This document shows positions 24,101 through 39,100 of a stretch of 64,000 nt of DNA, in pieces. The first letter of the stretch is position 1. Each line of letters begins with the position of its first letter. Made by a program: the position numbers and the translations under genes. Source of the stretch: Convolutriloba macropyga. Lineage: Eukaryota. A model generated the notes under the pieces. That model was not told the DNA's origin. It was given only the letters and a program-made list of their open reading frames with translations, and made no database searches. The stretch is taken from the NCBI RefSeq assembly GCF_964194025.1, contig NC_134470.1, positions 6,448,001 to 6,512,000 of the forward strand, written 5' to 3'.

Positions 24101-27100
24101 AACGGCATTCTAAAGTATAGCGGACAATACAGTTCACAAAAGATAACTGCAAAAACACAATATCCGGACAGATTTGAAACCGCTGAAACGAGCTGGGCGG
24201 TGTAAAGTTTTCCTTGACTTTGATAGGAGAGCAGCCGTTACATTTGGTCCGCCGACCCGGACAGTGGAAGGCAAGCTGCTGCCCAATCTGATGAAGAGAA
24301 TGCCAAAAGCACTCCATAAAGAAAATCAAACGAATCAACAGCGCAACGCCAGCTAGGCAGAGCGAAAGGTGCGAGTGCAACTCACAAAACACGTTGAAGA
24401 TTTGACCTCGCTTAAAAGGAACAAGCAAAGCAAAGGCAAACAGCAACCAAGCATTCCAAGCACAACCCGCAGAGAGGAGCTTCAATCAATAGCTCAAAGG
24501 TACGATAAGAAGTTCCAAGATTTAGTGGAAGAATTAAACACTAAAACAGGCTACAAAATAATTGAAGATTCAGATCGACCCAACAAACTAAAGGTCCCCC
24601 ACCAACAGACTGCCCACCTTCTAGAGGAGCAAAAACCCAAGCAACTGCAGCGTCGAAACAAGCTTGTGCCCTATAAAGCTAATTTCGTTGAAGAACATCT
24701 GAAAGAAGCAAGAAAGTTCAAAGCAAGTTTGGACTATCCTTGGCTTGCATATATAAGCAAAGGCACGCAACCAGCAATGAATGCAGAGCAAAGCAACACA
24801 ACTCAAGCGTTGAACGACAACGAGAGCAACAACAACTACCCGACGGACAACCCAGTTGCTCAAGCAGTGCAAAATGGAGCAACAGCAAGTGGCCAGGAGA
24901 CGGAAAACGTTTCGAAAACACCTTCAGCAAAGCAAAGGCGCGAGGAAAGGATGAAGAAATTCGATATCGAGTTCAAAACCCAGATGCGACTAGAACAGGC
25001 ACGGTTAGAGCAGAGGAAGCTAGAGCTGGAAATGCAAATGAAGGAACTGGAAACCAAGCATCAACTGCTGGAAGAAGAACGTGAGCTAGAGCGCAAAGTG
25101 AAGAGAACAGCATTAGAGAACGATGATGCTCGTTCCCAATCAACTGGTGCTAGAGACAAATAACCCTTAAACTGGACCCTAAAGAAGAGAAATGTCTCAG
25201 ACTGGGCCAGCAGGATCGACAACCTTCTAACATCAGATCGATCAACAGCTCGCTTCAAAGTAACCCTTGAAGTGAACAGGTAGAGTCACTTCTCACAATA
25301 TCGCAATTCACGAGACCGGTCCTCAAGTGTTGAAGACCGAGACGTTTCCCCCAGAGCTGGTTTAAGATACAACACTGGCAATTCAGGTAGTAGTAACCTA
25401 CCAAAAGCTGAAGCTGAACAACTTCGACGGAAAACCCCTCGAATGGCCAGAGTGGTCTAGTATGTTCATTGCTACAGTGGATCAACGACCAAAACCAGAC
25501 TCAGAGAGGATGAGCCATCTGAAGACTCTACTGACAGGCAAGGCAAAGTCAGCAATCTCTGGAATGGCCTATTCTGTACAGTCCTATGGTGATGCATGGA
25601 GCATTCTGGAGAGGAAATTTGGAAGGCCTCATTTGATCATTGATGCAAAATTGGAGTCTTCGCAAAGCAAGTCAGGTAAAACCTCAGGACTCAACAAGTT
25701 TGATCAGTTTCCCATTTATTGTTTAGAACTTTGTGAATGTGCTCAAAGAGTACAAGCAGATTGGTGATCTGTAGTCAAGCTTGACACTGTATATGGCAGT
25801 AGATAAGCTACCTCAAGTTCTCAAGGAGAAGTGGTGGTTCTGTGTTGATGATAAAGATGAAGATTGGCCCGATCTGGTAATGTTTAAAAAATGGCTATCT
25901 AGGATAGCATTCGTGCACAAAGGGTTTTCAGCTTTCAAAGGGGAGCGAAGAGAAGAAGATCGAAGAAGCAAAAATAGAGACAAACGGTTCTCGAAGACAT
26001 CAAACTTCAGTGGAAGTTCGAACTTGAAAGAAACCAAGCAAACGCAAAGTGGTCACTGTCCACTAGCTGATGACACTCATAAAATTTGGAACTGTCCACT
26101 ATTCAAGAACATGAGTGTAAACGATCGGTACGTAGCAGTGAGGAAGCAACGCTTATGTTACGGATGTCTAGGCAAAAGACATGCAATCAAAGATTGTAAA
26201 GTCAACGCGCGCGGCATCAATGGATGCATCAAGAAGCACAACCGATTGCTACACTCAAAAAATCAAATGGACGAGGGCAATTACGCAGTCAACGTAAGCG
26301 CAGCAACGATCAACCAGAGTGACGAAGTTACTAGTTTTCTTCAGATAGTTCCTGTCTAAATACAGAGCCGTGACAACAGGCTGAACACATATGCCTTCCT
26401 CGATAGTGGATCAACGGTTTCATTCATCGATTAAAGTGTGCAAGAGAAGTTACGAGCCCAAGGCACCAACCCACCATAGCTGGCATACACGGAACAAAGG
26501 ATCTGATGACGGAAAGGGTTCCTCTCAAAACAAAGGGACTACATTCAAAGGTGCATACAATCGAAGCGTTTGCACACCCGTCAATCTCCTTGGGGAACAC
26601 AAAACACAACCACAACAAGCTGAAGCAAAGCTTCAATCACTGGAGTGTTCTACCCAATAAAAGCTTCAACTTGATGGAAGTTGGCATCATCCTTGGTCAA
26701 GATGCTTATGAGCTACAACGCCCATTGGACTACAAGATAGGAACACGAAGTGAACCTTTCGCCGTTCTAACAGAGCTAGCATGGGTAGTCAAGGGACACA
26801 TGACGGGCAAAAGAAGACAAAATTTTTGTCATTTTGCCTTCACTCAAGATGTGAAAGTGGCTGGGAATATGGTGGGATATAGAAACTTATGCTTCCAAAA
26901 TCAACCTCGTCAGTCAGTCAAAGAGGGAACTGCATACACAGAAGATGCTAGAGAGTACGACGAAGTTTACAGGCGAGCGGTACGAAGTGGGAATGCTGTG
27001 GAGTGAACCAGAGCCAAGCCTACCGAACAACTACAGCTCAGCCTTGGGTCAGCTTCACTCAATGGAGCGAAGATTCCAAAGGGACCCAAACCTGAAGAGT

Positions 27101-30100
27101 TTGTGTCAACAGTCAATAATTACAGATGTCAAAAGAGGATTGGTAAATATATTGGACGAGTCCGAAGTGAAAGGCACCTTCGGAAAAGAATTGCGTTTGC
27201 CGCATCCAGTGCTAAACCCGAACAAGCGTGACTAAGTAAGACGTGTTTGCAATGCTGCCTTAAAGTACAAAGAAGTTTGCCTAAATGATAAGCTACTAGC
27301 AGGAACCGATCTGCTACATGGGTTGATTGGAACAATATTCAGATTCCGTGAAGGACCAATTGCCCTGACAGCTGACATCGAATCGATGTTTCTACAAAAG
27401 CAAGTTCCCGAACAGGATAGAAGTTGCTTGAGGTTCTTATGGCGTCCACGAACAAATGAACCTGTTCAGATATACGAATATCAACGTCACGTATTTTGAG
27501 CTAAGAGTTCTCTAACTTTTGCAAACTATCTCAAGCAAGTGGAACTGGACAACGAAATAAGGTATCCGACTGCAGCAAAGGCAATACAAAACAACTTCTA
27601 CATGGACGATTTCATCAAATCAGTAGAAACCCCAGAAGAAGCAATTGAAGTCTTCAATCAACTGCAACCTCTTCTCTCACGACATGGATTTGAACTGAAG
27701 AAGTGGATAAGCAACAACGATGCAGTTATCAAAACAATCCCAGAAGACTTGAAGTCAATTAGCAAAACGAAGCAAATTGAAGTGGAACACATTACAGAGG
27801 GATCCGGAGTGCTAGGACAACAATGGAACGTTATTGATAACAGTCTTCAAGTATGCAGAGGTACAAACAAAGAAGTTGAAGCACCTATAACGCAGAGGAA
27901 GATTTTGTCGTTGGTATCTTCAGTATTCGACCCGATCGGATTGTTTGCTCCGTTCAGTGTTCACATGAGACGACTTCTGAAAGGCATCTGGACTAAGAAT
28001 GAACAACATTGGGACAACGATGTAGAGCCTGGTGACGAAGAAGAATTCCTGAGATGGAAAGAAAAACTTCCAACAGTGGCTGAAACAAGCATCGATAGAA
28101 GGTACTTCAACGGAGGTTTGGGATAAAACCAAACTTCATGTGTTTGCTGACGCATCTGAAGTCACGATGTGCGCAGTGGCCTATCTACGTTCACAACCAA
28201 AAGAATACTCAGGTGACTTAGCATTTGTCATTGGAAAATGCAGAGTGGCACCGATGAGGCATCTTTCAATACCGCGATTCAGGGCAGTGAGGTTGAAAGA
28301 ACAGATAGTCAAAGAATATGAAATGAAGATAAAAAATCGCCGTTTTTGGTCAGACTCAACTACGATACTGCAGTGGATACACAGTTCCCATCGTAAACAC
28401 CAAGTGTTTGTGGCCAATCGAGTAGCTGAGATACAACAGATGTTTCACAGTGGAAACATATGAGCGGTATCAACAACCAAGCGAACATTGGCACCAGAGC
28501 AATCACCTTTAAAGAACTCAAGAGAAGTGAGTGGCTCACTGCGCCAGCTTGGTTAAAGCGACCAAAAAAGGAATGGCCAGTGCAAGTGAACCTAATCTTT
28601 GCATTAGATGAAGAGAATATACCCTCATCAGTCTTCATGATACAGGCTGAAGAGAAGAAAGCTGTTATTCAATGGGAACGATTCAGTAACTTTAACAGAC
28701 TAGTGAACACAGTATCATACTTACAGAAAACATTGGACAAACACAAAACAGCAAAACTCGTAGTCAGCATTGAAGAAAGAGAAGAAGCAAAAGCAACAAT
28801 CTTCAAATTACTACACCAAGAACAGTTTTTTGAAGAGATGAAATCTCTCAAAGCTGGAAAGGAAATTCCCAGAGGCAGCGAAATCCTACAATTCTCAGCC
28901 TTCCTAGACGAAGAAGGACTTATTCGAGCCAGTGGCAAAATTGGCAAAAGTCAATTGGACTTCAATGCAAAAATCCCATACTGTTACATTAAAAACCATG
29001 CGGTAGAATTATTCTTGCGAAACGAGCACAAGGACAAACAACATGAAGGCACTGAGCATGTCAGAAACGTTGTTCAGCAGAAAATGTGGATCCTACGCAT
29101 ACGGAACGCCTTAAGATCAATCAAGAACAAGTGCGTTACCTGCAGAAAGGGCAGAGCACAAACGATAGCACCAGTAATGGCAGATCTACCCGAAGAGCGA
29201 TTAGATGCTTCAACAGCCTTTACAAATGTTGGAGTTGACTACTTTGGCCCTTTCATTGTGAAGATTGGGCGCAGAAACAAAAAGTGATGGTGTTGTCTCT
29301 TTACTTGTCTAACTATCAGAGCGGTGCATATAGAAGTGGTACCTAAGTTGGACACAGACAGTTGTCTCAATGCAATAATGAGATTTATTGCTCGAAGAGG
29401 CAAACCGAATACGATAATCAGCGACAACGGGACGAACTTCGTTGGAGCTGAACGAGAGTTTGCAGAGTATGTTGTGGCATGGACCAAGGAAGGCATCGAA
29501 GAACATCTAATTCAACGAGGAATCAGATGGAAGTTCAACCCACCCGCAGCACCTCACTTCGGAAGAGTATCGGAACGGTTGGTAAGAAGTTGCAAGAAAG
29601 CAATGTATGCGGTGTTAGGGAACAGATCAGTCACTGAGGACGTTCTCTCAACTACGATGTGTATTGTAGTGCAGACATTGAACTCAAGACCGTTGACTCC
29701 AGTCAGTTCAGATGTTAATGACTTAGATGCATTGACCCCCAATCACTTCCTGCTTGGCAACAGGAACATTTGCTTACCCTATCTACCATTCGAAGAAGAA
29801 TTTGTTGACCATCGAAAACTCTTTTGACAAACTCAACCCTACGCAAATCTCATATGGAACATGTTTCTTAAAGAATATCTGCCGACTCTGAACAACCGGC
29901 AGAAATGGCGATCTGCGGCAAACGAAGCCCTTAAGGAAGGCGATCTCGTTTGGTTGATCGAAGGCAGCCACAAGCGTTGATATTACAATCTAGGTCGAGT
30001 TACGGAGACCATCGATGGGTCTACGGTGTGATTCGATCAGCGATAGTTCGAACGAACGACGGAATGTACAAGAGACCAGTAGTGAAGCTCGCCCCAGTAC

Positions 30101-33100
30101 TATCTGGGAAAGATGTTTTCGCGATGGAAAACTGGGCCGCCGATGTGGCGGCTGAGCTTAATAACTCAATTACCGAATTGAATAGCGCTTCAAGGCCATT
30201 TCAAGCCTTGAAGCTAGAATACCATGACGAGCGAAATTTAATGCTACATTCTATCGAAGCCATACAGATTTGTTCACTTTGTTCAACATTTACATTCACT
30301 GACTTTTATTAGTACACAATTGTCATACTCGAAGTGAAACTAAAACTCTAACTACCTCAACCACCAGCAAAACAATACTACGACTTAACAGTATTGCATC
30401 AGATTCTCTGCGATTGGATTGCGAATCAACCTGCTATTGATACAGAATATTCGACAAAACTTCTACATGGTTAACATACTTCCCATGACATCAAATTTGC
30501 ACTGAAAAAGTGACGTTATGGAAAAGTGTTCACATTTTTCAGTTGAATTTGACATGTATATCCACGTGACTAGCAGCATAAAAGGAACTTGAAAAACTAC
30601 CAAAAAATTACTAAACTGACATACAGTGCATATTGAAGCACACTCTCTTGAGCGTAAATTACTTGTTATCATGTCTTGTTTCTTTAGATCATACTAGTGA
30701 TTGTACAGTACAACTTAACTTTGACTTGTGAAAAGAGAATTAACTTTGAAATTCTCAAAATTTTCTTTCTGAGGAACAAAGTTCCTAAGTAAGAGAAACT
30801 TTGTGCAAAGCACATAGTCAGTTGCTCTTACTAGCTTTAACGAAGTCTAGCATAGTTTGATATTGGTTGTTATTGAAGCCTATTGAGAAAAAAATTGGTC
30901 ACTCAATTATCGGAATATTCAAAATTGAGTTATATTCTGAGGTCTCCCCGGTGAAAGAGACTAGCTAGAACATTAAAACTTGGTCCATAGTTAGCCAAAG
31001 GCATAGTGACCAACTTGTTTTGAGCTGATTTTGCGATTTCGAATTATAAGTTGAGTTATTAACCAAAACTCAAGCAAAATTTTATTGTTTCAATTTGAAT
31101 TATTTTGTTACTCTGAGAGAAACAAGTTTGTTGTACAGCAAAGCTGAGCAGTTAGTTATTGAGGCTAATTGAGCAAAAAGTAATGCAACGCATTCTGCAG
31201 TATAGCGGATAATACAGTTCACAAAAGGTAACTGCAAAAACACAATATCCGGACAGATTTGAAACCGCTGAAACGAACTGGGCGGTGTAAAGTTTTCCTT
31301 GACTTTGATCGGAGAGCTGCCGTTACACTCAATTTAATTAGACTTTTAAAATTCAGTGAATATTGATAATACGAATCAAATTTTGCTTCAATGAAGAGGA
31401 ATCTCACTTTGAACTTGTTAGAACTTCAATGTGACCTGCCAGTTTTAGGACTCAGGTTCAAAACAACAGAAAATAAAGTCAAAGTCAACAATGTCATTAG
31501 TTGCTTGCAGACCAATTCAGAAAACAGCAAATATTCACCATTGAAAACGCATAGCATTCAATAGATTGTCGATAAAGTAAATAAATTACTCTAATTAACG
31601 AAAAGCCTAGATCCAAATTTGAATCTGTTTTTTTTCCAATAAAACCATAATAAACAAAGTACAGCCTCGATATCACTTCAGGCTTGCTAAAACCAGTAAA
31701 TATTGAAATTAGTAAAATAATTCGGGAAAACTAGCTAATTTTTCTTTAATAGTGTCCAAAATCTGAACAGTATGAAATGTGAAATTCATGAAAAAGGAAA
31801 TTTTGTAGAAAATAACTCAATTTTACATTCTAGGCTTAACGGGCTTTTTAGTGATACCACTCATCATTCTCTATGATGAATATATGAACCGGCAAAACTG
31901 AGTGAACAAAAAACAGTTGAATATGCAGTTCCTCAAACAGCTTAACCCACAGGTCGGGATGGAATAAAAAGAGAACGCCGATGAGCAAGAAAAACTCAGA
32001 CAGAAAATGTTGCTTGAAAATTTCCTTTTCGTTGGGTATACTATTGCAAATTTTCTTTACTAAATTTGTGATACACTTTGTTCAAACACGACCAAACTAC
32101 GCAAAACACGACAGATAGATCGTGCGAAAATACAATAGAATCAAATGGAAACTTTAATACAGATACCAATTATTGAGATATAAAGAAGCCAACAAAATTT
32201 CCGCTGAATAACCGATCAAGGACATAATAACTATTTGAAGTCGCTTTTGATATTGAACTGAAAATCTAGTTAAATGGTTGTCCTGAACTAACTAATCACC
32301 CTGCAACAGAATCTATAGCTTAGAAGTAGGCGCAAGGTTTAGTGAAAAAACGTCAAAAAAAGTTGTTGTTGTTTCAACATACACTATGGTACCAAAAAGC
32401 TACGTACACCTGACGACTTTTTAAAAAGCAATACAAACATCAAATAATATAACATTTTGAGTTCAATTTTGTTCTCTAATAACGCGTCCTTAGACCTTTA
32501 GCTTTTATGACGTCTAGTAGACGATTTGTATAGTGTTCATATAGGTTTCTCACGACGTCTGCGTCGATTTCGTTCCCAATTTCATTCACTTTTTCTTCTA
32601 ATTTTTTCCAAAAAACTGTCTGTTCTCGTAATCGTTGCTTCAAAATCGCCCATAAATTTTTAATAGGATTCAGATCTGGACTGTATGCTGGCCATTCCAG
32701 TACGTTCCACTCGTTTTCTTGGAAGAAATTGCCAATAATCTGCAATTTATGCATAGGAGCATTATCTTGTTGAAAAATAATATCCAGGAAAGTCATTTTT
32801 TCATCGTAATTTTTCAAAATTTTGAAATAACCGACAGCGTTCAGCTTGTTTGGACTCTTAACAAGCAATTTCCCTCCATCTGATTGTATTGCACCCCAAA
32901 ACATATGATCGTTTGTCTGAACAAATTTGTTGTGTTTTTCTTTTCAAGAAATTTTGTTCCGTTTCTTCAAAAAACTCGCAAACGTCTTTCGCTGGTGGCG
33001 CCTTGAGCCTGTTATCTTTTTTGGTGTCGTTTCTATGCATGATGTTTACTAGACCGTGATTTAAAGCCGAGTTGTTTTGGATTTTGTCCATGAAAATTGA

Positions 33101-36100
33101 ACATTTCGAATGGAAACAGCGTGACAAACAGTAAAAGAATAAAGCAGCTTAACCTTCTTTTCTGTGTAAGCAGATACAATTACAATGAAATCTCGTTTAA
33201 AACTTCAAGATTTCACGCATTTGTTCACGATTTAGCGCAAAGCAAATGTTTTGAGCGAAAGCAACGCTTAAAGAGCACGAATTGTGCTGTACGTAGCTTT
33301 TTGGTACCATAGTGTATTCAGATCTGAAACTCTCGCAACTTCTTTAAGTGAAAATTGACAAAGTCAATTGAAGTAATAGGCTCAGTCGTATGAAGAGCCG
33401 TTTGAGAGAAAAAAGTATTGAGAGTCGTATCAAATGAGAGAAAAAACTATTTTACAGAGCCCGAGGACCTAATAATCGATGATAATTCTCCACCACGTAG
33501 AAGATTAGGATTTTTTCCAACCCCTCTCCAAAGAAGTGGAAACATTCCATTTTTTATATAATAACGTGATACGGAACAACACATAATATGCCAGTCGCAA
33601 TGTAAAAAGAGGGCTAAACTGAATAGATTAAACTTTTTTCCATTCTTTACTTTTGGTTTCCTCGAGTCAAAAAAGGAAACAAACAACCGTCGCGGAGGTT
33701 TTTTGAAAGAAGGTGTTTGATCAATCCCAAATGGTTGAAACCCTGGACTTGTATTCCTTCCCATTTTGGGTCCAGATGTCTGTCAATTGGACAACGATGA
33801 CAAAGGGTGATCCCAAAATGGAAATCCAGTTTAACGATTACCGGAAATCTTAGAAAGATCCCAAAATTTACCCCACTAAGATCCAGGAAACTTCCGTGAG
33901 TAATTAAATACTAACTAATATCACATGCAGACGTCTCTTGTGGTGGACAGGCGAGTACTTTGCAGTGTATGTAGACAGTGTTGAGGGTAACAGTGCCAGA
34001 GATGTACCAGCCGAAGGCCTTGAACTGGAAAAACTCCTCGTCCAGTTCAGAGCCAGTTAGCCTTTCAAATGAGTCATCAGAAGGACACCTTGAAAAACAT
34101 CAGGGGAAATCTCAGGTTGAGGTCCACCCAGGTTTAGACCTCGACTTATGAAAAGAATTTATAATTGTGTTAAGGGCGGCCAATTTTGACTATAAATACA
34201 GGGTCCAGTTACTAGTTAAAGTTGAGGTAATTCTTTTCATTGGTCCAGATAAGGTCTTTTCATAACAAATCAAGGTCGAGCATGGTCTTTCCATTAGTTG
34301 AGGATTGCATTGTTGTGGGATTAGTAAAAGTTAATTTTTCCTATTGTAGATGTGTACCATCTAACAGCAACACCAAAATAGCATTGCAGCAGGCGGTCCA
34401 CCTTCGAAAAACAGGCGGAATTTTAACAAATAATCTTAAGAAACGTTGCATACTTACGATAATATATTGCGAAGTTGATCGGCTGAATTCAACTAGTTAA
34501 TAAAACTCTAACAATCAACTTTTCATCGGCAATGACTTTAGTGTGTTATAGTTGAGTTCATTTGATTCTAAAATTCGTTTTTTATATATATTCATAATAG
34601 CAGAGTTCATTTTTTGATAAAATATCAGAAGCATTGAAAAATTTGAACGTTCAGACCCGCGGACTACGTTATAAGGCAATTTTCAGCGCAAATGTAATTT
34701 TTTTTGGGTCTAGCATGAACATTTTACGTCGAGCTGTTGAGCATCATATTTGGGTCGAGATAAAAGCCAGCATCATATTTGGTTCGAGCTTAAGGCCAGC
34801 ATATAAAATTGGAGTCGAGCCAAAGTCTAGTTGAACAATCAGGTCCAGCAAAATTTTTTTCATGAGTTGTTTGAGGTCAGCATGGTCTTTTCGGTCGAGC
34901 ATGGTCTGTTAAGAAGTCGAGGTCTGAACCTGGGCACAACCGAGGCGGTCTCTGATCATACCAACCTCAGGCGCACACCTTCGCATCATGCGTTTAAGTT
35001 TAAAAGAAAACGTTCGCTCGCAGGTAGGCCTGGACAAGTAATTTTGGCGTAGGATAATTGTCTGATTAGTAACTATTTTGGTCTCGGACGGTGTGATCTA
35101 AAACCGATTTGAGTGTGCAATCTAAGTTGAGAAGACCGTACAAAAACAACAAAAATTGGCAAGATATCTTTGGTATAATGGGTTTCAAAACTAAAAAAAG
35201 CTTAGACACGTTTAGTTTGTTAAGAAAGGAAAATTCGCTAATTCTCATTCTGGGTTTCGACCTACTTTCTTGTAGTTTACGAACAACGTTTTCCACGGTC
35301 GGTTACGTTTTCAACGGTCGGTTACGTTTTCTGTTCGGTCTGCTGGAATTATTTGTTTTCGAAAACCTAAACTATAAAAGTTCTCGTTATTTCTTTCAAT
35401 GTTTAAAGAGCGGCCACAATAAATCTCGCTGATTGTTATTGCCTAACAAAAATGACGACACCAACAAAAAATTATGAGGGCTTTTCGTCGTTTTTGGCTA
35501 CAATACGGCAATGAAACCGACGATTTCTTAGGTTTAAAAAACGAAGATTTCTCAACTAGGAAATACTATAATCCCAGAGCGCACAAAAATCTGACCAGAG
35601 TGATTCAAAAGGCATTTTAATTCAGATCTGAGAACCGAAAGTGAACGTCGTCTTAATCAGAACTGATTCAACGGAGTTGAAAGTCTTGGATCAGTACTGC
35701 ATCAGAGCTCTGATCATGTCAATTAATTTAACTAATTAAGTCAACTTTAGTCCAGTTTTAAGGCTTGGCAAGTCTTGACCATTATTTGTTTAGTCTTGGG
35801 CAAGTCTTGGACAAGACCTGTCAATTATTGAGCAAGTCTTGTACATTACTTGACAAGTCTCGTGCAAGTCTTGGCCAAGACTTGATAAGTAAGTCTTGCC
35901 TCAAGTATTGAGCACAGTTCATAAATTTAGTTTGCCTTTGTTTCGTAACTATATACAGTGCCTCGCCATTATATACAGTGCCTCGCCAGTAAATCTCGCC
36001 AAAGAGAAAATGAAGCACAAGAGAACGCTAGCACTTCCACAAAGTTCACTTGATAGAGAATGAAAAATTCTGATGTCGGCCAATGATATCAGTCGCGGCC

Positions 36101-39100
36101 ACTCCTTTTTTGGCCATTGAAAAAAGTTTGGTTTCAGAGTGATTATATGGGACATTTTAATTTGGTATATGCTCATATCAGAAACAAATTGGTCAGATTA
36201 TTCAGATTAACAAATTTGTCGTAAAAATATTTCAAACCTATTTTAACAAATTTTTAATTGCATTAATTATAATTAATTTCTTAAATAGCTGTACTTTGGT
36301 TAATAACTGCGCAATAATCAAGACTTGTCAAGTCTCGATCAAGGATTGACTAAGGACTTGCCAAGTTTTGGCCAAGACTTGACTTCGATTTGAGAGGTTT
36401 TGAGCAAGCCTTGACAAGTCTTCACATGTCTCAAGACTTTAAATATGACTTAATCAGTTCTGATTTGTCTATTCAAGCCGTGTATTTCGCTGGAAAAGTA
36501 CAGATAAAAATTTCAAACTCATTGCGTGAGTGCGAACAGAATTTAGCTTTCTGCGCACAAAATCTCGCAAGATAACTGTTTATGCCAGAATATTGCAGAT
36601 TAAACCTCTGTTCTCTGATTTCGTGTCTGTGTCTGTATGTGATGGGCGGGCGGTGTGGGGGGTTGAACTCTTATCTATATCTCACTTGTTTGCCGAGAGA
36701 ACATATCGTGTGTTAGAAGTATAGTCTTCAGTCTGAGTAGCCCAACAATCAGTAGTGATGAGAGTGTAGTCATGATTCACTTCAGATTCAAAGGACACCT
36801 TCACGTACACCTCGTCATTCAACAGAGCTGTTGCAGCACTTGGGCTGAAACGATCCAGTTATCGACAGTTATGGCTATGTTACAAGTCAACTTGTTAATT
36901 GATGTAAAAAAACTTCAATTCAATGGGTCGCTTTCCCATTATAACCCCACCACTCCAGCTTAGTGGTCAGATAACCTGCAGCCCCCCCCCCCCAATCATG
37001 GTAAATATAGCATTATGGGGGATGGGGGCTACAATTTCATTGGGTATGCTATAATGGGAAGAACCAGTTTAACTATGATCCCAGTCTAATTATATCGTCC
37101 TCGCTCAAACAGTCTCGAGAATAAAAACTGACGTTTTCTGGCTATAAAAACACATTTTCTGGCTATAAAAACACATAGTTGCAGTTCAATTGCTGTCTTC
37201 AAGTGGCGAAAATATTTTTGGCACAATAAATCGCTAAAGTCCAAACTGTATACGTAATCGGATTTGCCAGCCGAACAAATGGTGTTGCAAATCCGATTAG
37301 GTATACAGTTTGGACTCACAATTATCTTATTATCTCCAGAATTTCATTTTTAGAACTATTTCACTGAAAATGTTTACCAAAAATTGTATGGTAGCTTTCC
37401 TGCGCTTAAAGTTCCAGATTTTAACCTGGCTTTTTTCTTTCTGCTTAATTGAAATGATGAATACAATGAAATTATGTGCGTTAGACGAAATCTTGGCAGA
37501 ATCATAATTTCCGAAAAAAGGTTCTGCTGAGCCTACTGATTTCAGAGGGTTCTTCGACACCTAATATCTGACATTTTTATGGTGAAAATTCAATTCAGCG
37601 GTAATGACTCTAATTTCGATGAAGTGAAAGATTGTGACAGCAACGCCTTTTTCTTGACAAGAATATGGTTGAATTAGTAAAAAAAATGGGTAGAAAAACT
37701 CAGTTTTCCACATAATTTAGAAATTCAAACTGCAAGCATTTCAAGTACGAAATATAAGTTTTAACACTCCAGTTTATCTAATCCCGGGTCGAGGTTTGGC
37801 GGTGAATTTTCGTAAGAAATGCGGTGAAATGCGGTGAAAAAAAATAACTTTCACCGCGTATTTCTTACATCTTTTTGCGGTGAATGCGGTGAATTATTTA
37901 TTTTCACCGCGTTCTCAGTATTCGTAGCAAGAAGAATTATCCCCACACAGTTTCGAACCTCTGACCTCCCGCATGCCTTCAACTCCTTAGTCCACGTCGC
38001 CATCTCTCACGTATATCATTCAAATTTCTTGTGAATTTAAATCAGATTGAGTTCACTTTGGAAATCATATGCGGTGAATTTTTGTAAGAAATGCGGTGAA
38101 TTTCGCAGTGAATTTTTGTAAGAAATGTGGTGAAATGTGGTGAATTATTTGTTTTCACCGCATTCACCGCTTTCACCGCATTTCTTACACTAATTTACCA
38201 CAAAAGTCGATGCGGTGAATTTTTGTAAGAAATGTGGTGAATTTTGCGAGGAATTTTTGTAAGAAATGCGGTGAAATGCGGTGAAATATTTGATTTCACC
38301 GCATTCACCGCAATCACCACATTTCTTACAAAGATTCACCGCATTCACCGCATTTCTTACAAAAATTTACCCAAAAATTTCGACCCGGGATATACGAAAC
38401 ATGCAAGGGTGTTTTTAATTTCTCTTTATCACAGAAATGTGGGGTGCATTCCGTCGAAACGCAATTGCAAAAATGCAAAAATAATTACTTCTGACAAATT
38501 ATAGGATGGCACAAGTCTTTAGTTCAGAAGATAAAAGAAGTGAAATCATTTTTGAAACAGATGGGAACTTTATAAACATGAGCTTCGCCGGAAATCGCAG
38601 ATATCAAAAATGTATTTTTTTTACTAAATTGAACTTACCCATTTTTTTCAAAACAATAGAAATATTTTTGAGAGAAAAAATTGCGTTTGACATCCAAAGA
38701 CAATCAATAGAAATTTCTAATCTCTTTGCCCGAAAAATCAGTAGAGTGAACCGCGAATTTCAAGTGTATTGTAAGCAAAGAGTTTCAACTAAAAAAATGT
38801 GGCCAAAATTGTTACCAAAGGCAGTAGTAGTAATGAACAAATGTTCTATTGCTGTCACTTTTCGATATGTTATTTTGATTTCCTTTATTCCATTTTTAAT
38901 TATTTTATATTGGGTTTGGTTCCAGAACGAATCATTTTGGTTCTAAAACAATTCTAAAAGAACGGTTTTGGCTCTACAAAAATTTTTCTCGATCTGGTTG
39001 ATAGATTGAAACAATTTTTTTAATTGAAATAATTGAATTATCCTCGAACTGTTGCCTCTGAAATATGTCTTGTCTCTATATACTTCGTGCTCTGACAACT

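Larger units (their letters stand above)
23750..31327 (+). mobile_element. Full-length, decayed Bel/Pao LTR retrotransposon in an intron of ZP paralog B (antisense to the gene)
   Basis: TG...CA LTRs at 23750-24242 and 30144-31327; 5-bp TSD CTCAA (23745-23749 / 31328-31332). Gag (LKLNNFDG, MSHLKTLLTGKAK, Cys/His knuckles CYGCLGKRHAIKDC), protease FLDSGS, RT FYMDDF, RNase H FADAS, integrase VDYFGPF / SDNGTNF, C-terminal RPVVKLAP. Many stops and frameshifts. Confidence 0.96.
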
